Assembly (NCBI GenBank): GCA_965222605.1
Contig: OZ244960.1
Span: 3,520,001-3,584,000 of the forward strand
Source of the DNA: Candidatus Latescibacterota bacterium
Lineage (GTDB): Bacteria; Latescibacterota; UBA2968
DNA length: 64,000 nt
Reading direction: 5' to 3'
Shown here: piece by piece, positions 9,772 to 19,026 of the stretch
How the letters are laid out: every line of letters begins with the position of its first letter
How positions within the stretch are numbered: the stretch's first letter is position 1
Position numbers and translations under genes: made by a program
The notes under the pieces: model-generated
Told to the model about the DNA's origin: nothing
What the model saw: only the letters and a program-made list of their open reading frames with translations
The model's database searches: none

Positions 9772-9828
9772 TTATCACTTTGTTTTTCAAGCACTTGAGC
9801 GTCTTTAAGTGTTTTTTGAAACACAAAC
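9772..9828 (+). repeat. Near-identical copy of the 7891-7948 segment (IHF-like site plus CACTTGA hairpin and T-tract)
   Basis: ttatcactttgtttttcaagcacttgagcgtctttaagtgtttttt versus ttatctctttgtttttcaagcacttgagcgtcttcaagtgtttttt. Confidence 0.85.
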
Positions 9829-9849
9829 CTTTGTATAAAGGAGAATAGA

Positions 9850-12800
9850 ATGCGTTGTAACAGACCGAAACCTATTTTTGGGATGTTTCATCTTTTGTGC
9901 GGAGTACTTATAGTCAGTGTGGTTCTTGGGATAAATGCGATTTCTTCTATTGAAGCGGTGACACAGATCGGTGCAGGAGATCGAATCTTTTTTCGCGGAG
10001 ATCAGTGGGCAACAAATCGCACCGCATCGCAGACTGGATTTGAGGTGATCCGTATATCGAGTGACAGATTAGTATCTGACATGAAATATATTAGAAACAC
10101 TCTCAATCTCAAACTGATGGTTGGATTAGGTTATGATGTCGTTCCGAGAGAAAAACCCTGGCCTGGCGATACGATGGATGAGAAATTATCCATATTTCGA
10201 GACAAGTTGGCAAATTGGCTCGGTACGCACAGTCTTGATATATCTGCCTTCCATTTTAATCTCGAATATGCGGAGAAGTTTTATACAGAAAGGCATCCCG
10301 ATAGTACCAGGCGGGTTGATGCATTGACAGATACCATGACATTAATCATAAAAAATTATCAGCGCACAATCCGTGAAGTATGCGATTCATTGACAGCAGA
10401 CGGCCATGCAATCGGTTCATACCCAAAACTTTGGGTTTTCGGTGCAAAAGGAACTGGTTATAGGACTTATGAAGAGTTTGGATGCGATTGGAATGCTTTG
10501 ACATCAGACCCTTATGCGATTGATGTCCCCACAATCGGGGTGGGCACCTCAACAGTCTCTGTAGTCCCAAACGAAGTCAATCCAACACCTGGAGTCATGA
10601 AGTGGATCCCAAATCTTGCGGATCTCAAGATTTGGGGAAGTGCAGAGCATATTAGAGATCTCAAAAACCTTACAAATGGAAAACCCGTTGTCATCCAATA
10701 CCACATCGATGGCAGCCAACTACATCGAAATTTGTACCACCTTTACTGGAACGATTTTCGAGAATTGGCGAGGCATTTCAAAGCGGTGAGCGAAGAAGGA
10801 ACATCACATTTTGGCGGCAATTATCCCGTTGGATATTATCAGCCATTTTATCGTGCAAAGATTCTCGACTCTGAAGGGATAGAACGTGAAGTACACTTCT
10901 CTCTGGATGAATCTGGTGACCCTCCCTCGGGTCCCATTCCCTGGGAGGATGGGCAGAAATATCCCGCACGTTTATGGGAAACAGGCGAGGAAGGGGATTG
11001 GGGATATGATGCTACGATGAATAAGCCCAATAAGTGGGAGCGTGAGTTTATTGCCAATATTCTGTCTGCAACTGGCACTCCCTTAACAGGACACACTGTA
11101 CCAGCAACCACACGCTGGAGTGGCGAGATTTATCTCATTGGCGATGTAGTCATTCCCAGTGGTGTGACTGTGACCATTGGGGAAGGGACGGTGATTAACT
11201 TTCGCCCGGGTACGGATGTTTACGAGTCGGGTTTGGACACAAATATCTCTGAAATTGTTATTCAGAATGGTGGCACTTTGATTGCTGATGGCTCTATCCA
11301 GAATCCCATTATTTTTCAGTCATCATTCAGGGCTGATGGCACTGATCCCAGCGGTGATGGTTGGGCGGGCATCAGGGTCGTAAATGGCGATACCTTGGAC
11401 ATCCTTTATAACCCCAGCAAAGACGATTGGGGTGGCATTCGCAACGAGGGCGGCACATTGACCCTCCAAAATTGTGTTATTAGCGATGCCGAAGTGGGTG
11501 TTGAAGTGACTTCTTATCAAGGCAAGACAACTATTTTTGAAACAGATTTGTCTGCAAATCACTTTGGTATGAAAGTACACGAAGGTGCCAGTGCAACTCA
11601 GTTAGAACTGATAAATATTGGTCTGTATCGCAATATGAAGGGTGTGAATGCATTTCTGTATGGGCCGGGTCATGTAGAAATGCGTAATGCCACTATTGCA
11701 GATAATTTACAAGGGTCAGGATTTATCGCCGCGGATGGAGATAATCTCTCCGTGAAGTTTAAAAACACCATTGTCGCTTTTAATACTGTGGGGATTTACA
11801 CAGCGGGTACAAACCTTAGCTCCCCAACCTTAACACTCCAATATTGCGATGTGTTTGGAGCACCGCCATCGGGGCTGATTTTCAGGGTGTATATACCGCC
11901 ATGCCAACCACCAGTGGGAATATCGGCAATGTTTCTTTTGATCCAGAATTTGTCGCTCGTGCATCCGAGACGTCCGAAGAGTACGATTATCACCTGCGGG
12001 TAACTTCACCTTTAATTGATACGGGTGATCCAAGCATGACAGAGGCTGATAATTCAACAATCAACATGGGCAGATATGGTGGGACTTCGGAATATACGTC
12101 TGTGCCTGGAAGTAACAATGGTGGTAACAGTGGTGGTAACAGTGGTGATAACAGTGGTGATAACAGTGGTGGTAACAGTGGTGGTAACAGTGGTGATAAC
12201 AGTGGTGGCAGTAACTCGGTGCCCGTATTCGAGGATTTCGAGGATGGTCAAGCACAGGGTTGGACTGCTTCGGCAGGCACATGGAGTATCAAGAGCGTGG
12301 ATGGCAGTAACCGATACGTGATGGCAAGTAGCACTGAGAGTATCAATCGCGCTTATAAGAATGTGTCAGGCTGGTCGGGCGGATATGTCATTGAAGCGAG
12401 AATGAAGATCAGGGCTGCCGAAGGCAAGGTGATATTTTCCCAGGCGAATCAGAATGAGAGCTATCGCCTGGATGTGATGACATCGAGCAATAATTTTCGG
12501 CTGGTAATCAACGATGCCCTGCACAATCACTACATGACCCTGAACACAAATACGTGGTATGATGTGAAGGTCGAAGTGACTTCATCGCATGTGAAGGCCT
12601 GGCTGAATGGCTCTCTTAAACACACCGTGAATGTCAGTGGTGCGCCAGATGGGTATATTGGTGTGGGATCATTCGGAAGTACAGGTTTGGTCGATCATGT
12701 TTATGTCGATGATGTAAGAGTCACAAGTGCGGGGAGTGGTGATAATAGTGGTGGTAATAATAGTGGTGGTGATAATAGTGGTGGTGGTAATGGTGGAGAC

Positions 12801-13022
12801 AATAGTGATGGTGGCGGATCAGAAACGCCTTCGTCCCCGATTACTGGCGATTTTAATGGCGATGGTGTAGTCGATACTTCTGATTATGCTTTATTTGTTG
12901 CGGTTTTTGGAACGAGTGAAGGGGATGCAAATTTTGATGCGCGTATGGACCTGGACGGAAATGGAGTCATTAATGTTGCCGATTTTTTAATTTTTGTGAA
13001 TCACTTCGGATCTACCTCATAA
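9850..13022 (+). pseudogene. Large secreted multidomain protein (N-terminal alpha/beta domain, right-handed beta-helix, ConA-like beta-sandwich, dockerin-like EF-hand), split by a frameshift near 11850
   Basis: ORF 9850-12003 and ORF 11844-13022 join as ...LQYCD-VWSTAIGADFQG...GNVSFDPEFV...DYHLRVTSPLIDTG...NMGRYGG, a typical beta-helix C-terminal motif, if 2 nt are removed from gatgtgtttgg. Confidence 0.75.
12112..12215 (+). repeat. 12-bp coding tandem repeat (GGNS/GDNS linker)
   Basis: ggtggtaacagt/ggtgataacagt units; a second Gly/Asn/Ser linker at about 12735-12815. Confidence 0.9.
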
Positions 13023-13039
13023 ACTCGTTTTGAAAAAAA

Positions 13040-13072
13040 TATGAAATGGACACTGGACATGTCCATTTCATA
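13040..13072 (+). terminator. 13-bp perfect hairpin after the secreted-protein gene
   Basis: TATGAAATGGACA-N7-TGTCCATTTCATA. Confidence 0.6.
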
Positions 13073-13104
13073 GCAGTTCCAGGGCCGCAAAATATTACGA
13101 TGAG

Positions 13105-13150
13105 GAGGTAAGCACGTACGCCATCAGCAAAATAGCTGATGGCGTTTTTT
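13105..13150. repeat. Palindromic element / intrinsic terminator, copy 1 of 4
   Basis: GAGGTAAGCA-N3-ACGCCATCAGC-aaaata-GCTGATGGCGT-T tract. Confidence 0.85.
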
Positions 13151-13219
13151 GTGTTGGGGGTTTGTGTCGCAAGTTTGTTTGGTCAACACCTGAGCCAACG
13201 CGAAAGGTATTAATAATTG

Positions 13220-13247
13220 TTGACAGTGTAACAAAGTATGTTACATT
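13220..13247 (+). promoter_or_regulatory. higBA sigma-70 promoter with palindromic operator; probably leaderless mRNA
   Basis: TTGACA-16 nt-TACATT; operator TGTAACA-aagta-TGTTACA (13227-13245); ATG 7 nt after the -10 box with no SD. Confidence 0.75.
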
Positions 13248-13254
13248 TCTATAA

Positions 13255-13530
13255 ATGATCATAAGTTTTAAGCATAAAGGTCTTGTCGAACTTTTCGAAC
13301 GCGGTCACAGCCGCCGAGTGCGTTGGGATTTGCAAAGGCGTTGCTTACGTCGTTTGGAAGTTCTCGATCAAGCGGAATCATTGACAGACTTGAATATACC
13401 GGGGTTCAATTTTCACGGTCTGCAAGGATTACCCAAACGTTATAGTATTCACGTCAATGGCCCGTGGTGTATTACGTTCGAATGGCAAGATAGTGATGCA
13501 CTCAGGGTCAATCTTGAGCAATATCATTGA
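13255..13530 (+). CDS. higB: HigB (RelE/ParE-family) toxin
   Basis: MIISFKHKGLVELFE...HGLQG...YSIHVNGPWCITFEW...LEQYH. Confidence 0.92.
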   Translation: MIISFKHKGLVELFERGHSRRVRWDLQRRCLRRLEVLDQAESLTDLNIPGFNFHGLQGLPKRYSIHVNGPWCITFEWQDSDALRVNLEQYH

Positions 13531-13537
13531 GGTGACA

Positions 13538-13867
13538 ATGGCCGAATATTCCGTCAAACGTCCGTTGAATCGCGCGCCTGTTCATCCGGGTGAGATTCTG
13601 CGCGAAGATGTATTGCCATCGCTTGAGTTATCGGTGAGTGAAGCTGCTCGACGACTCGGGGTTTCGCGTCAACAATTGCATCGCGTTCTGGCCTGTACGC
13701 ATCCGATTACAACAGAAATGGCACTTAGAATAGGGAAACTCGTCGGCAACGGTCCTGGACTGTGGTTGCGCCTGCAACAAGCTTGTGATTTGTGGCGTGT
13801 AGAGCAGTGTTTGAAAGACGAACTTGCAGAAATAAGACCTGCGAATTTGACGCACTCCCAGGGCTAA
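13538..13867 (+). CDS. higA: HigA antitoxin (HTH-XRE)
   Basis: PVHPGEILREDVL...AARRLGVSRQ...ITTEMALRI...WLRLQ; start at ATG 13538 after GAGG. Confidence 0.92.
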   Translation: MAEYSVKRPLNRAPVHPGEILREDVLPSLELSVSEAARRLGVSRQQLHRVLACTHPITTEMALRIGKLVGNGPGLWLRLQQACDLWRVEQCLKDELAEIRPANLTHSQG

Positions 13868-13880
13868 AGCATTACTATGT

Positions 13881-14112
13881 GGTTTGGTCAATGGGTTGAA
13901 AACCGTGTGACAAGCCGCTAAATAGCGGAGGTAAGCAAAAACGCCATCGGCAAATAGCTGATGGCGTTTTTTGTGTTGGGGGTTTGTGTCGCAAGTTTGT
14001 TTGGTCAACACCTGAGCCAACGCGAAAGGTGTTAATAGTGATTGACAGTGTAACAAAGTATGTTGCATTTTTGTAAATGATCACGAGTTTCAAGTATAAA
14101 GGGCTTGTCGAA
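13881..14112 (+). repeat. Composite duplication: 3' end of gene 8152-8916 + palindrome copy 2 + SelA-like 3' relic + higB promoter and first codons
   Basis: 13881-13932 matches about 8874-8927; 13928-14112 matches about 13105-13290. Confidence 0.9.
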
Positions 14113-14131
14113 TTGATACAGGAGAAGAAAC

Positions 14132-14503
14132 ATGCAATCTATTTATGTACAGGTCCCTGAAGATATTATACAAAATATCGTGCAGCAAATGTACGATGAT
14201 GGATATGTTTACGATAGTAAAAATGATTCTCAGTTTTTAAGTGATAGAGACCCTTTAATTGTAAAAATGTCGGATGGGGAATATAGAGAAGTAACTGCTT
14301 TACATTTACAAGAGGTTGTGGATGGCTTGATCGAAATCCAACTGGATCAAGCATTTAGAAAGTATAAAGAACAAAATGTGACATTGCCGATGTGGATGTA
14401 TAAGAGGTTTTTTCGAAAAAATATGTATGGATTGTATTGGGGTTTATTTATGTTTGCGATGGGTATTGCGATAGGTGTTTTATTTTCTCTGGATATACCG
14501 TAA
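14132..14503 (+). CDS. AT-rich hypothetical protein with C-terminal transmembrane helix
   Basis: RBS AGGAG; hydrophobic tail LYWGLFMFAMGIAIGVLFSL. Confidence 0.7.
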   Translation: MQSIYVQVPEDIIQNIVQQMYDDGYVYDSKNDSQFLSDRDPLIVKMSDGEYREVTALHLQEVVDGLIEIQLDQAFRKYKEQNVTLPMWMYKRFFRKNMYGLYWGLFMFAMGIAIGVLFSLDIP

Positions 14504-14526
14504 CCAGAAAAAGGAGTAGAGAAACC

Positions 14527-16866
14527 ATGTCTTACCAGATGCCACCCGAAGAACTCGCCGCGATTGTTGATGCGCCTCTAACACCTTCGTTTAGCATTGA
14601 TCCCACAAAGACAATGTTGCTGTTGATGCACCGTCCGGGCACACCGTCTATTGAAGAGGTGTCGCGGTCCGAGTTGCGTCTGGCAGGATTGCGCCTGGAT
14701 CCAGATGTCAATGGGCAAAGTCGCGTGGGATTTTACAATGGGCTGACGCTCAAGTGGATTGCCAATGGTCGTGAAATACCTGTGACGGGTTTGCCGCAAG
14801 ACGCGAAAATTGGACGGGCTTATTGGGCGCCCGATGGTCGGCGGTTTGCTTTTTCGGTGACGGGTGATAATGGGATTGATCTGTGGGTGGGCAATGCGAA
14901 GACGGGTCGGGCGCATCCGGTTGGCGATGTGAAATTGAATCAGGTGTTTGGCGGGGCAATCGTCTGGCTGCCCGATAGTTCGGGGCTGTTGGTGCGTGCG
15001 GTATGTGATGGTCGAGGCAATCCGCCCGGGGTGCCCCGCGTGCCCAAAGGTCCGGTGATACAGGAAAATGTGGGGGAACGGGCAGCACCATCGCGCACGT
15101 ATCAAGATTTGTTAAAGAATGCACATGATGAGTTGCTATTTGAATATTATGCCACTTCGCAGGTTGCACTTGTGCGCCTGAATGGCGATGTGAGACCTGT
15201 GGGTTCTCCCGGGTTGATTGGTCGCGCTGATCCGTCGCCAGATGGTCGTTATGTGCTGGTGTTGACTATTCACCGACCGTTTTCGTATCTGGTGCCTTCG
15301 TATCGTTTTCCAACAAAAGTAGCGATCTGGGATTTGGATGGGCGCGAGGTGCGCGAACTTGCTGATTTGCCATTGGCCGAATCTGTGCCGATTGCTTATG
15401 ATGCCGTGCCCGAAGGTGCGCGGTCATTTGGATGGCGCGCAGACGCGCCTGTGACCGTAACGTGGGTTGTGGCACAGGATGGCGGCGATCCCGAGGTGGA
15501 TATGGCGGTGCGGGATATTGTGTATGCGCTCGACGCGCCTTATGAGGGTGATGGGCGCGCGCTCATGTCGCTGGCGATGCGCTATGGTGGGTGTTCGTGG
15601 GGGACGGGTGATCTCGCGTTGGTTTCAGAACGCTGGTGGAAAACGCGGCGCGTGCGTACGTGGCGCATTCGCCCGGATGATTCGGACTTTGAACCACAGG
15701 TATTGTTTGACCGGTCGTGGGAAGATCGCTACAGCGATCCGGGCGCGCCGGTGTTCACGCGGTTGCCCAATGGTCGGTCTGTGTTGCTGACCGATGCGTC
15801 GCAACGCCATCTGTTTTTTGCAGGCGATGGTGCGTCGCCCAAAGGTGATCGCCCATTTTTGGATCGCTATGATCTGGAGACGGGCAAAGCAGAACGTCTC
15901 ATGCATTCTCAGGTGCCATTTTACGAGCGGCCAACGGTGATGATCGATGCCAATACGGTGTTGATGAGCCGGGAGGGCGTTGAGGAACCGACCAATTATT
16001 ATTTGCGGGATTTGGAGCGCAATGACATGCGGCAGCTCACGCATTTTGTTCATCCCATGCCGCAATTGAGAGCGGTACAGAAGTCGTTGATTCAGTATCG
16101 GCGCGAAGATGGGGTGCAATTGAATGGGACGTTGTATTTGCCGCCCGGATATAAAAACGACGATAGTCCACTGCCAGTGCTAATGTGGGCTTATCCCCGC
16201 GAATTTAAGAGTGCAGATGCCGCGGGTCAGGTGAAGGATTCTCCCTTTCGCTTTGTGCGTATCAGTCCGCATGGTGCGTTGCCTTTTTTGGCGCGGGGTT
16301 ATGCTGTGCTGGATGGTCCGGCGATGCCGATTGTGGGCGAGGGAGATAGTGAGGCAAATGATACCTACATCGCGCAACTTGCCGATAGTGCAAGGGCCGC
16401 GGTTGATGAGTTGGTGCGTCTGGGTGTGGCCGATCCCAAAAAAGTGGCGGTGGGGGGACATTCCTACGGCGGTTTTATGACGGCGAATTTGCTGGCACAC
16501 ACAGATTTGTTTTGCTGTGGTATTGCGCGCAGTGGCGCGTATAACCGCACGTTGACGCCTTTTGGTTTTCAGGCAGAAGAGCGCACGCTCTGGCAGGCAG
16601 CAGATATTTATGCGGCGATGTCTCCGTTTAATCATGTGCCCAAAATTAACGCGCCTTTGCTACTTATTCACGGCGAGGCGGACAATAATTCGGGCACGTT
16701 TCCCATGCAGAGCGAGCGATTTTACAATGCGCTCAAAGGACACGGCGTCATCTGTCGATTGGTGATGTTGCCGCATGAGAGTCACGGATACCGGGCGCGC
16801 GAGTCGATTATGCACGTTCTGTGGGAGATGTCAGAGTGGTTGGATAGATACGCTAAAAAGGAATAA
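14527..16866 (+). CDS. S9 family (prolyl oligopeptidase-like, glutamyl-type) peptidase
   Basis: GGHSYGG nucleophile; HGEADNNSGT and LPHESHGY triad motifs; start MSYQMPP after AAGGAG. Confidence 0.93.
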   Translation: MSYQMPPEELAAIVDAPLTPSFSIDPTKTMLLLMHRPGTPSIEEVSRSELRLAGLRLDPDVNGQSRVGFYNGLTLKWIANGREIPVTGLPQDAKIGRAYWAPDGRRFAFSVTGDNGIDLWVGNAKTGRAHPVGDVKLNQVFGGAIVWLPDSSGLLVRAVCDGRGNPPGVPRVPKGPVIQENVGERAAPSRTYQDLLKNAHDELLFEYYATSQVALVRLNGDVRPVGSPGLIGRADPSPDGRYVLVLTIHRPFSYLVPSYRFPTKVAIWDLDGREVRELADLPLAESVPIAYDAVPEGARSFGWRADAPVTVTWVVAQDGGDPEVDMAVRDIVYALDAPYEGDGRALMSLAMRYGGCSWGTGDLALVSERWWKTRRVRTWRIRPDDSDFEPQVLFDRSWEDRYSDPGAPVFTRLPNGRSVLLTDASQRHLFFAGDGASPKGDRPFLDRYDLETGKAERLMHSQVPFYERPTVMIDANTVLMSREGVEEPTNYYLRDLERNDMRQLTHFVHPMPQLRAVQKSLIQYRREDGVQLNGTLYLPPGYKNDDSPLPVLMWAYPREFKSADAAGQVKDSPFRFVRISPHGALPFLARGYAVLDGPAMPIVGEGDSEANDTYIAQLADSARAAVDELVRLGVADPKKVAVGGHSYGGFMTANLLAHTDLFCCGIARSGAYNRTLTPFGFQAEERTLWQAADIYAAMSPFNHVPKINAPLLLIHGEADNNSGTFPMQSERFYNALKGHGVICRLVMLPHESHGYRARESIMHVLWEMSEWLDRYAKKE

Positions 16867-16921
16867 AAATTCAAAAAAATGAATTTTTATTCTTGACTTG
16901 TGTTTGTTTCCGGTATATTTT
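16858..16921 (+). promoter_or_regulatory. Tandem ARG boxes overlapping the -35 of the argR promoter
   Basis: AAGGAATAAAAATTCAAA (16858-16875) and AATGAATTTTTATTCTTG (16878-16895) fit WNTGAATWWWWATTCANW with 2-bp spacing; TTGACT at 16893-16898. Confidence 0.8.
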
Positions 16922-16993
16922 TTTCCTCATATCATCTTTGAATAGGAACCACAATGCAGGTAAAAGTACCTCAGAACATGGAGGGGGAAAATT

Positions 16994-17650
16994 ATGAGTG
17001 CGAAAAAAGAACGGCAGCAGAAAATTTTAGAACTGATTACTGAGGGATCTATCACACGTCAAGAAGAACTGAATGCTGCGTTGCAGGAAGTTGGAATTTC
17101 GACTACACAATCGACCCTATCAAAAGATATTAAGGAACTGGGTATTGCAAAAGCACCTGATGGTGAAGGGGGCTTCCGATATCAAATTCCAGGGATTCCA
17201 ATAGGTTCAGAACGGATGTCGTTACATGGTGATGACCTGTTGAGGCGCGAGTTGCAAGACTTTGTTATTGGTGTAGAAGCGGTGGCTCATACGCTGATTT
17301 TGAAGACTATTACTGGACATGCTCAGGGTGTTTGTGAAGCAATTGATCAAGCAGAATGGGCAGAAGTTGCTGGAACGCTCGCTGGAGAAAACACCATTTT
17401 TATTATTTGTCGCTCATCAGAAGCATGTCAGGATCTTGAAAAGAGTATTTGGTTACAAATGAAAACTTGGTCGACAAATCAATCAGTAAGCGGTGTTGGG
17501 ATAAATTCTGTAAGTAATGAAAACCCATCAGTAGCACGTAAAGAAGGTATTCTGGTCATTCGTTCACAAGCACCTCAACCTCTTGGGAATACGTTGAAAC
17601 AAAGTCGCGAAGCACGGTTGAAAGGGCTGGCGGAGAAATCCGGTTTATGA
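16994..17650 (+). CDS. argR: Arginine repressor ArgR with about 60-aa C-terminal extension
   Basis: KKERQQKILELI...QEEL...TQSTLSKDIKELG; LKTITGHAQ...GTLAGENTIFI. Confidence 0.9.
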   Translation: MSAKKERQQKILELITEGSITRQEELNAALQEVGISTTQSTLSKDIKELGIAKAPDGEGGFRYQIPGIPIGSERMSLHGDDLLRRELQDFVIGVEAVAHTLILKTITGHAQGVCEAIDQAEWAEVAGTLAGENTIFIICRSSEACQDLEKSIWLQMKTWSTNQSVSGVGINSVSNENPSVARKEGILVIRSQAPQPLGNTLKQSREARLKGLAEKSGL

Positions 17651-18081
17651 AAATTTTGTTGGATACATCTGTGCTTATCGCCGCGATGGTTGAAGCCCAC
17701 CCCAATCACGACCGAGCACTGATGTGGTTAAAACGCGCACGGCAAGACGATGTTTCTGCATATATTGCGGCTCATACACTTGCCGAGTTGTATGCTGTTT
17801 TAACGCGTTTGCCAGTACAACCACGCATTTCTTCGGCCATTGCACTGCAACTTATCCAGGAAAATGTCGTCTCTGTATTTGAAATAATTGCATCAGACGG
17901 CGATGAATACAAAACGCTTTTGGTGCATCTCGCGCAACAAGGCATCACAGGTGGTGCAACCTACGATGCTCTGATTGCACATACAGCTTACCGGATTCGG
18001 GTTGATCATTTGATAACTTTTAATGAACGAGATTTTAAGGCTGTTTACCCAGATATTTCAGATCAGATTTTAGTACCTTGA
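17647..18081 (+). CDS. vapC: PIN-domain (VapC-type) toxin
   Basis: ILLDTSVL, LAELYAVLT, GATYDALI, TFNERDF: all acidic PIN positions present; ATGA overlap with argR. Confidence 0.9.
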   Translation: MKILLDTSVLIAAMVEAHPNHDRALMWLKRARQDDVSAYIAAHTLAELYAVLTRLPVQPRISSAIALQLIQENVVSVFEIIASDGDEYKTLLVHLAQQGITGGATYDALIAHTAYRIRVDHLITFNERDFKAVYPDISDQILVP

Positions 18082-18093
18082 AAGGGTTGTGCG

Positions 18094-19026
18094 GTGATTA
18101 AAATAGGTATTTACGGCGATACCGGGATGGTGGGGCAGGAACTCCAAAAGGTTTTGAAACACCACGATCGGGCAAATATCGCGTTTCGACAAAATTCAAG
18201 GCGTCGGGAAGGCAATTTGGCCGATTGCGATGTGGTGTTTTTGGCGACAAAAGATCCCGAGTCGATGACGTTTGCGCCCGAGGCACTGGCCGCAGGTGCG
18301 AGGGTTATCGATATGAGCGGTGCTTTTCGGTTGCCTAAAGAGGCGTTTGAAAAGGGTTATGGTCTGGCGCATACGGCGTCTGAGTTGCTCAAAGAAGCGG
18401 TTTATGGCATGCCCGCTTTGTTTGCCAAACATATTGCCAAAGCGCGTTTGGTGGGCAATCCGGGTTGTTATCCCACGAGTGTTATTTTGTCTCTGTATCC
18501 CCTCAAATCACTCGTGCAGGGGGAAGCGACGATTGTGGCGACTTCGGGCAATTCGGGTGCGCGAGCCGAGGTGGAGGATGTGTCAAATGAGATTGCGTAT
18601 AGCTATGGCAAGCGACACAAACATGTGCCCGAGATGGTGTTGTATTCGGGTTTTGAAGTGAATTTTACGCCTATTGTGCTGCGGTCGGTATTTGCGGGTA
18701 TCAATGCAAATATTCGAATAGAACTGGTTGATGAGTTGAAAGCGCTGGCGAATGAAGATGCCGCAGCGCAGTTGCGCGAGACCATTGCAAGTGCTTATGG
18801 CTCGGACGATCTGGTGCAGGTGGTCGAAGATTCCGACGCGCATTGGTGGGGTACGCGCGATGTGGTGGATACGCATAAACTGATTATCAAGTTGGGCGTT
18901 GATGACGGCTTTGCTTATATCAATGCCCTGGAAGACAATTTGCAAAAAGGCGCGGCTACTCAGGCTGTGGAAAATATGAATTTGATGCAGGCTCTGCCGC
19001 GGCTTTTTGGGATTACCAAAACGTGA
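18094..19026 (+). CDS. argC: N-acetyl-gamma-glutamyl-phosphate reductase
   Basis: GDTGMVG, VIDMSGAFRL, GNPGCYPT, DNLQKGAATQAVENMN. Confidence 0.93.
   Translation: MIKIGIYGDTGMVGQELQKVLKHHDRANIAFRQNSRRREGNLADCDVVFLATKDPESMTFAPEALAAGARVIDMSGAFRLPKEAFEKGYGLAHTASELLKEAVYGMPALFAKHIAKARLVGNPGCYPTSVILSLYPLKSLVQGEATIVATSGNSGARAEVEDVSNEIAYSYGKRHKHVPEMVLYSGFEVNFTPIVLRSVFAGINANIRIELVDELKALANEDAAAQLRETIASAYGSDDLVQVVEDSDAHWWGTRDVVDTHKLIIKLGVDDGFAYINALEDNLQKGAATQAVENMNLMQALPRLFGITKT

Noticed and set aside
11840-11870. Programmed -1 ribosomal frameshift in the large secreted gene
   Set aside because: No canonical X XXY YYZ slippery heptamer or clear stimulatory structure; a 2-nt slip or assembly error is simpler.
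12112-12215. Tandem repeat as a CRISPR or ncRNA array
   Set aside because: 12-bp in-frame units encoding a Gly/Asn/Ser linker, with no spacers.
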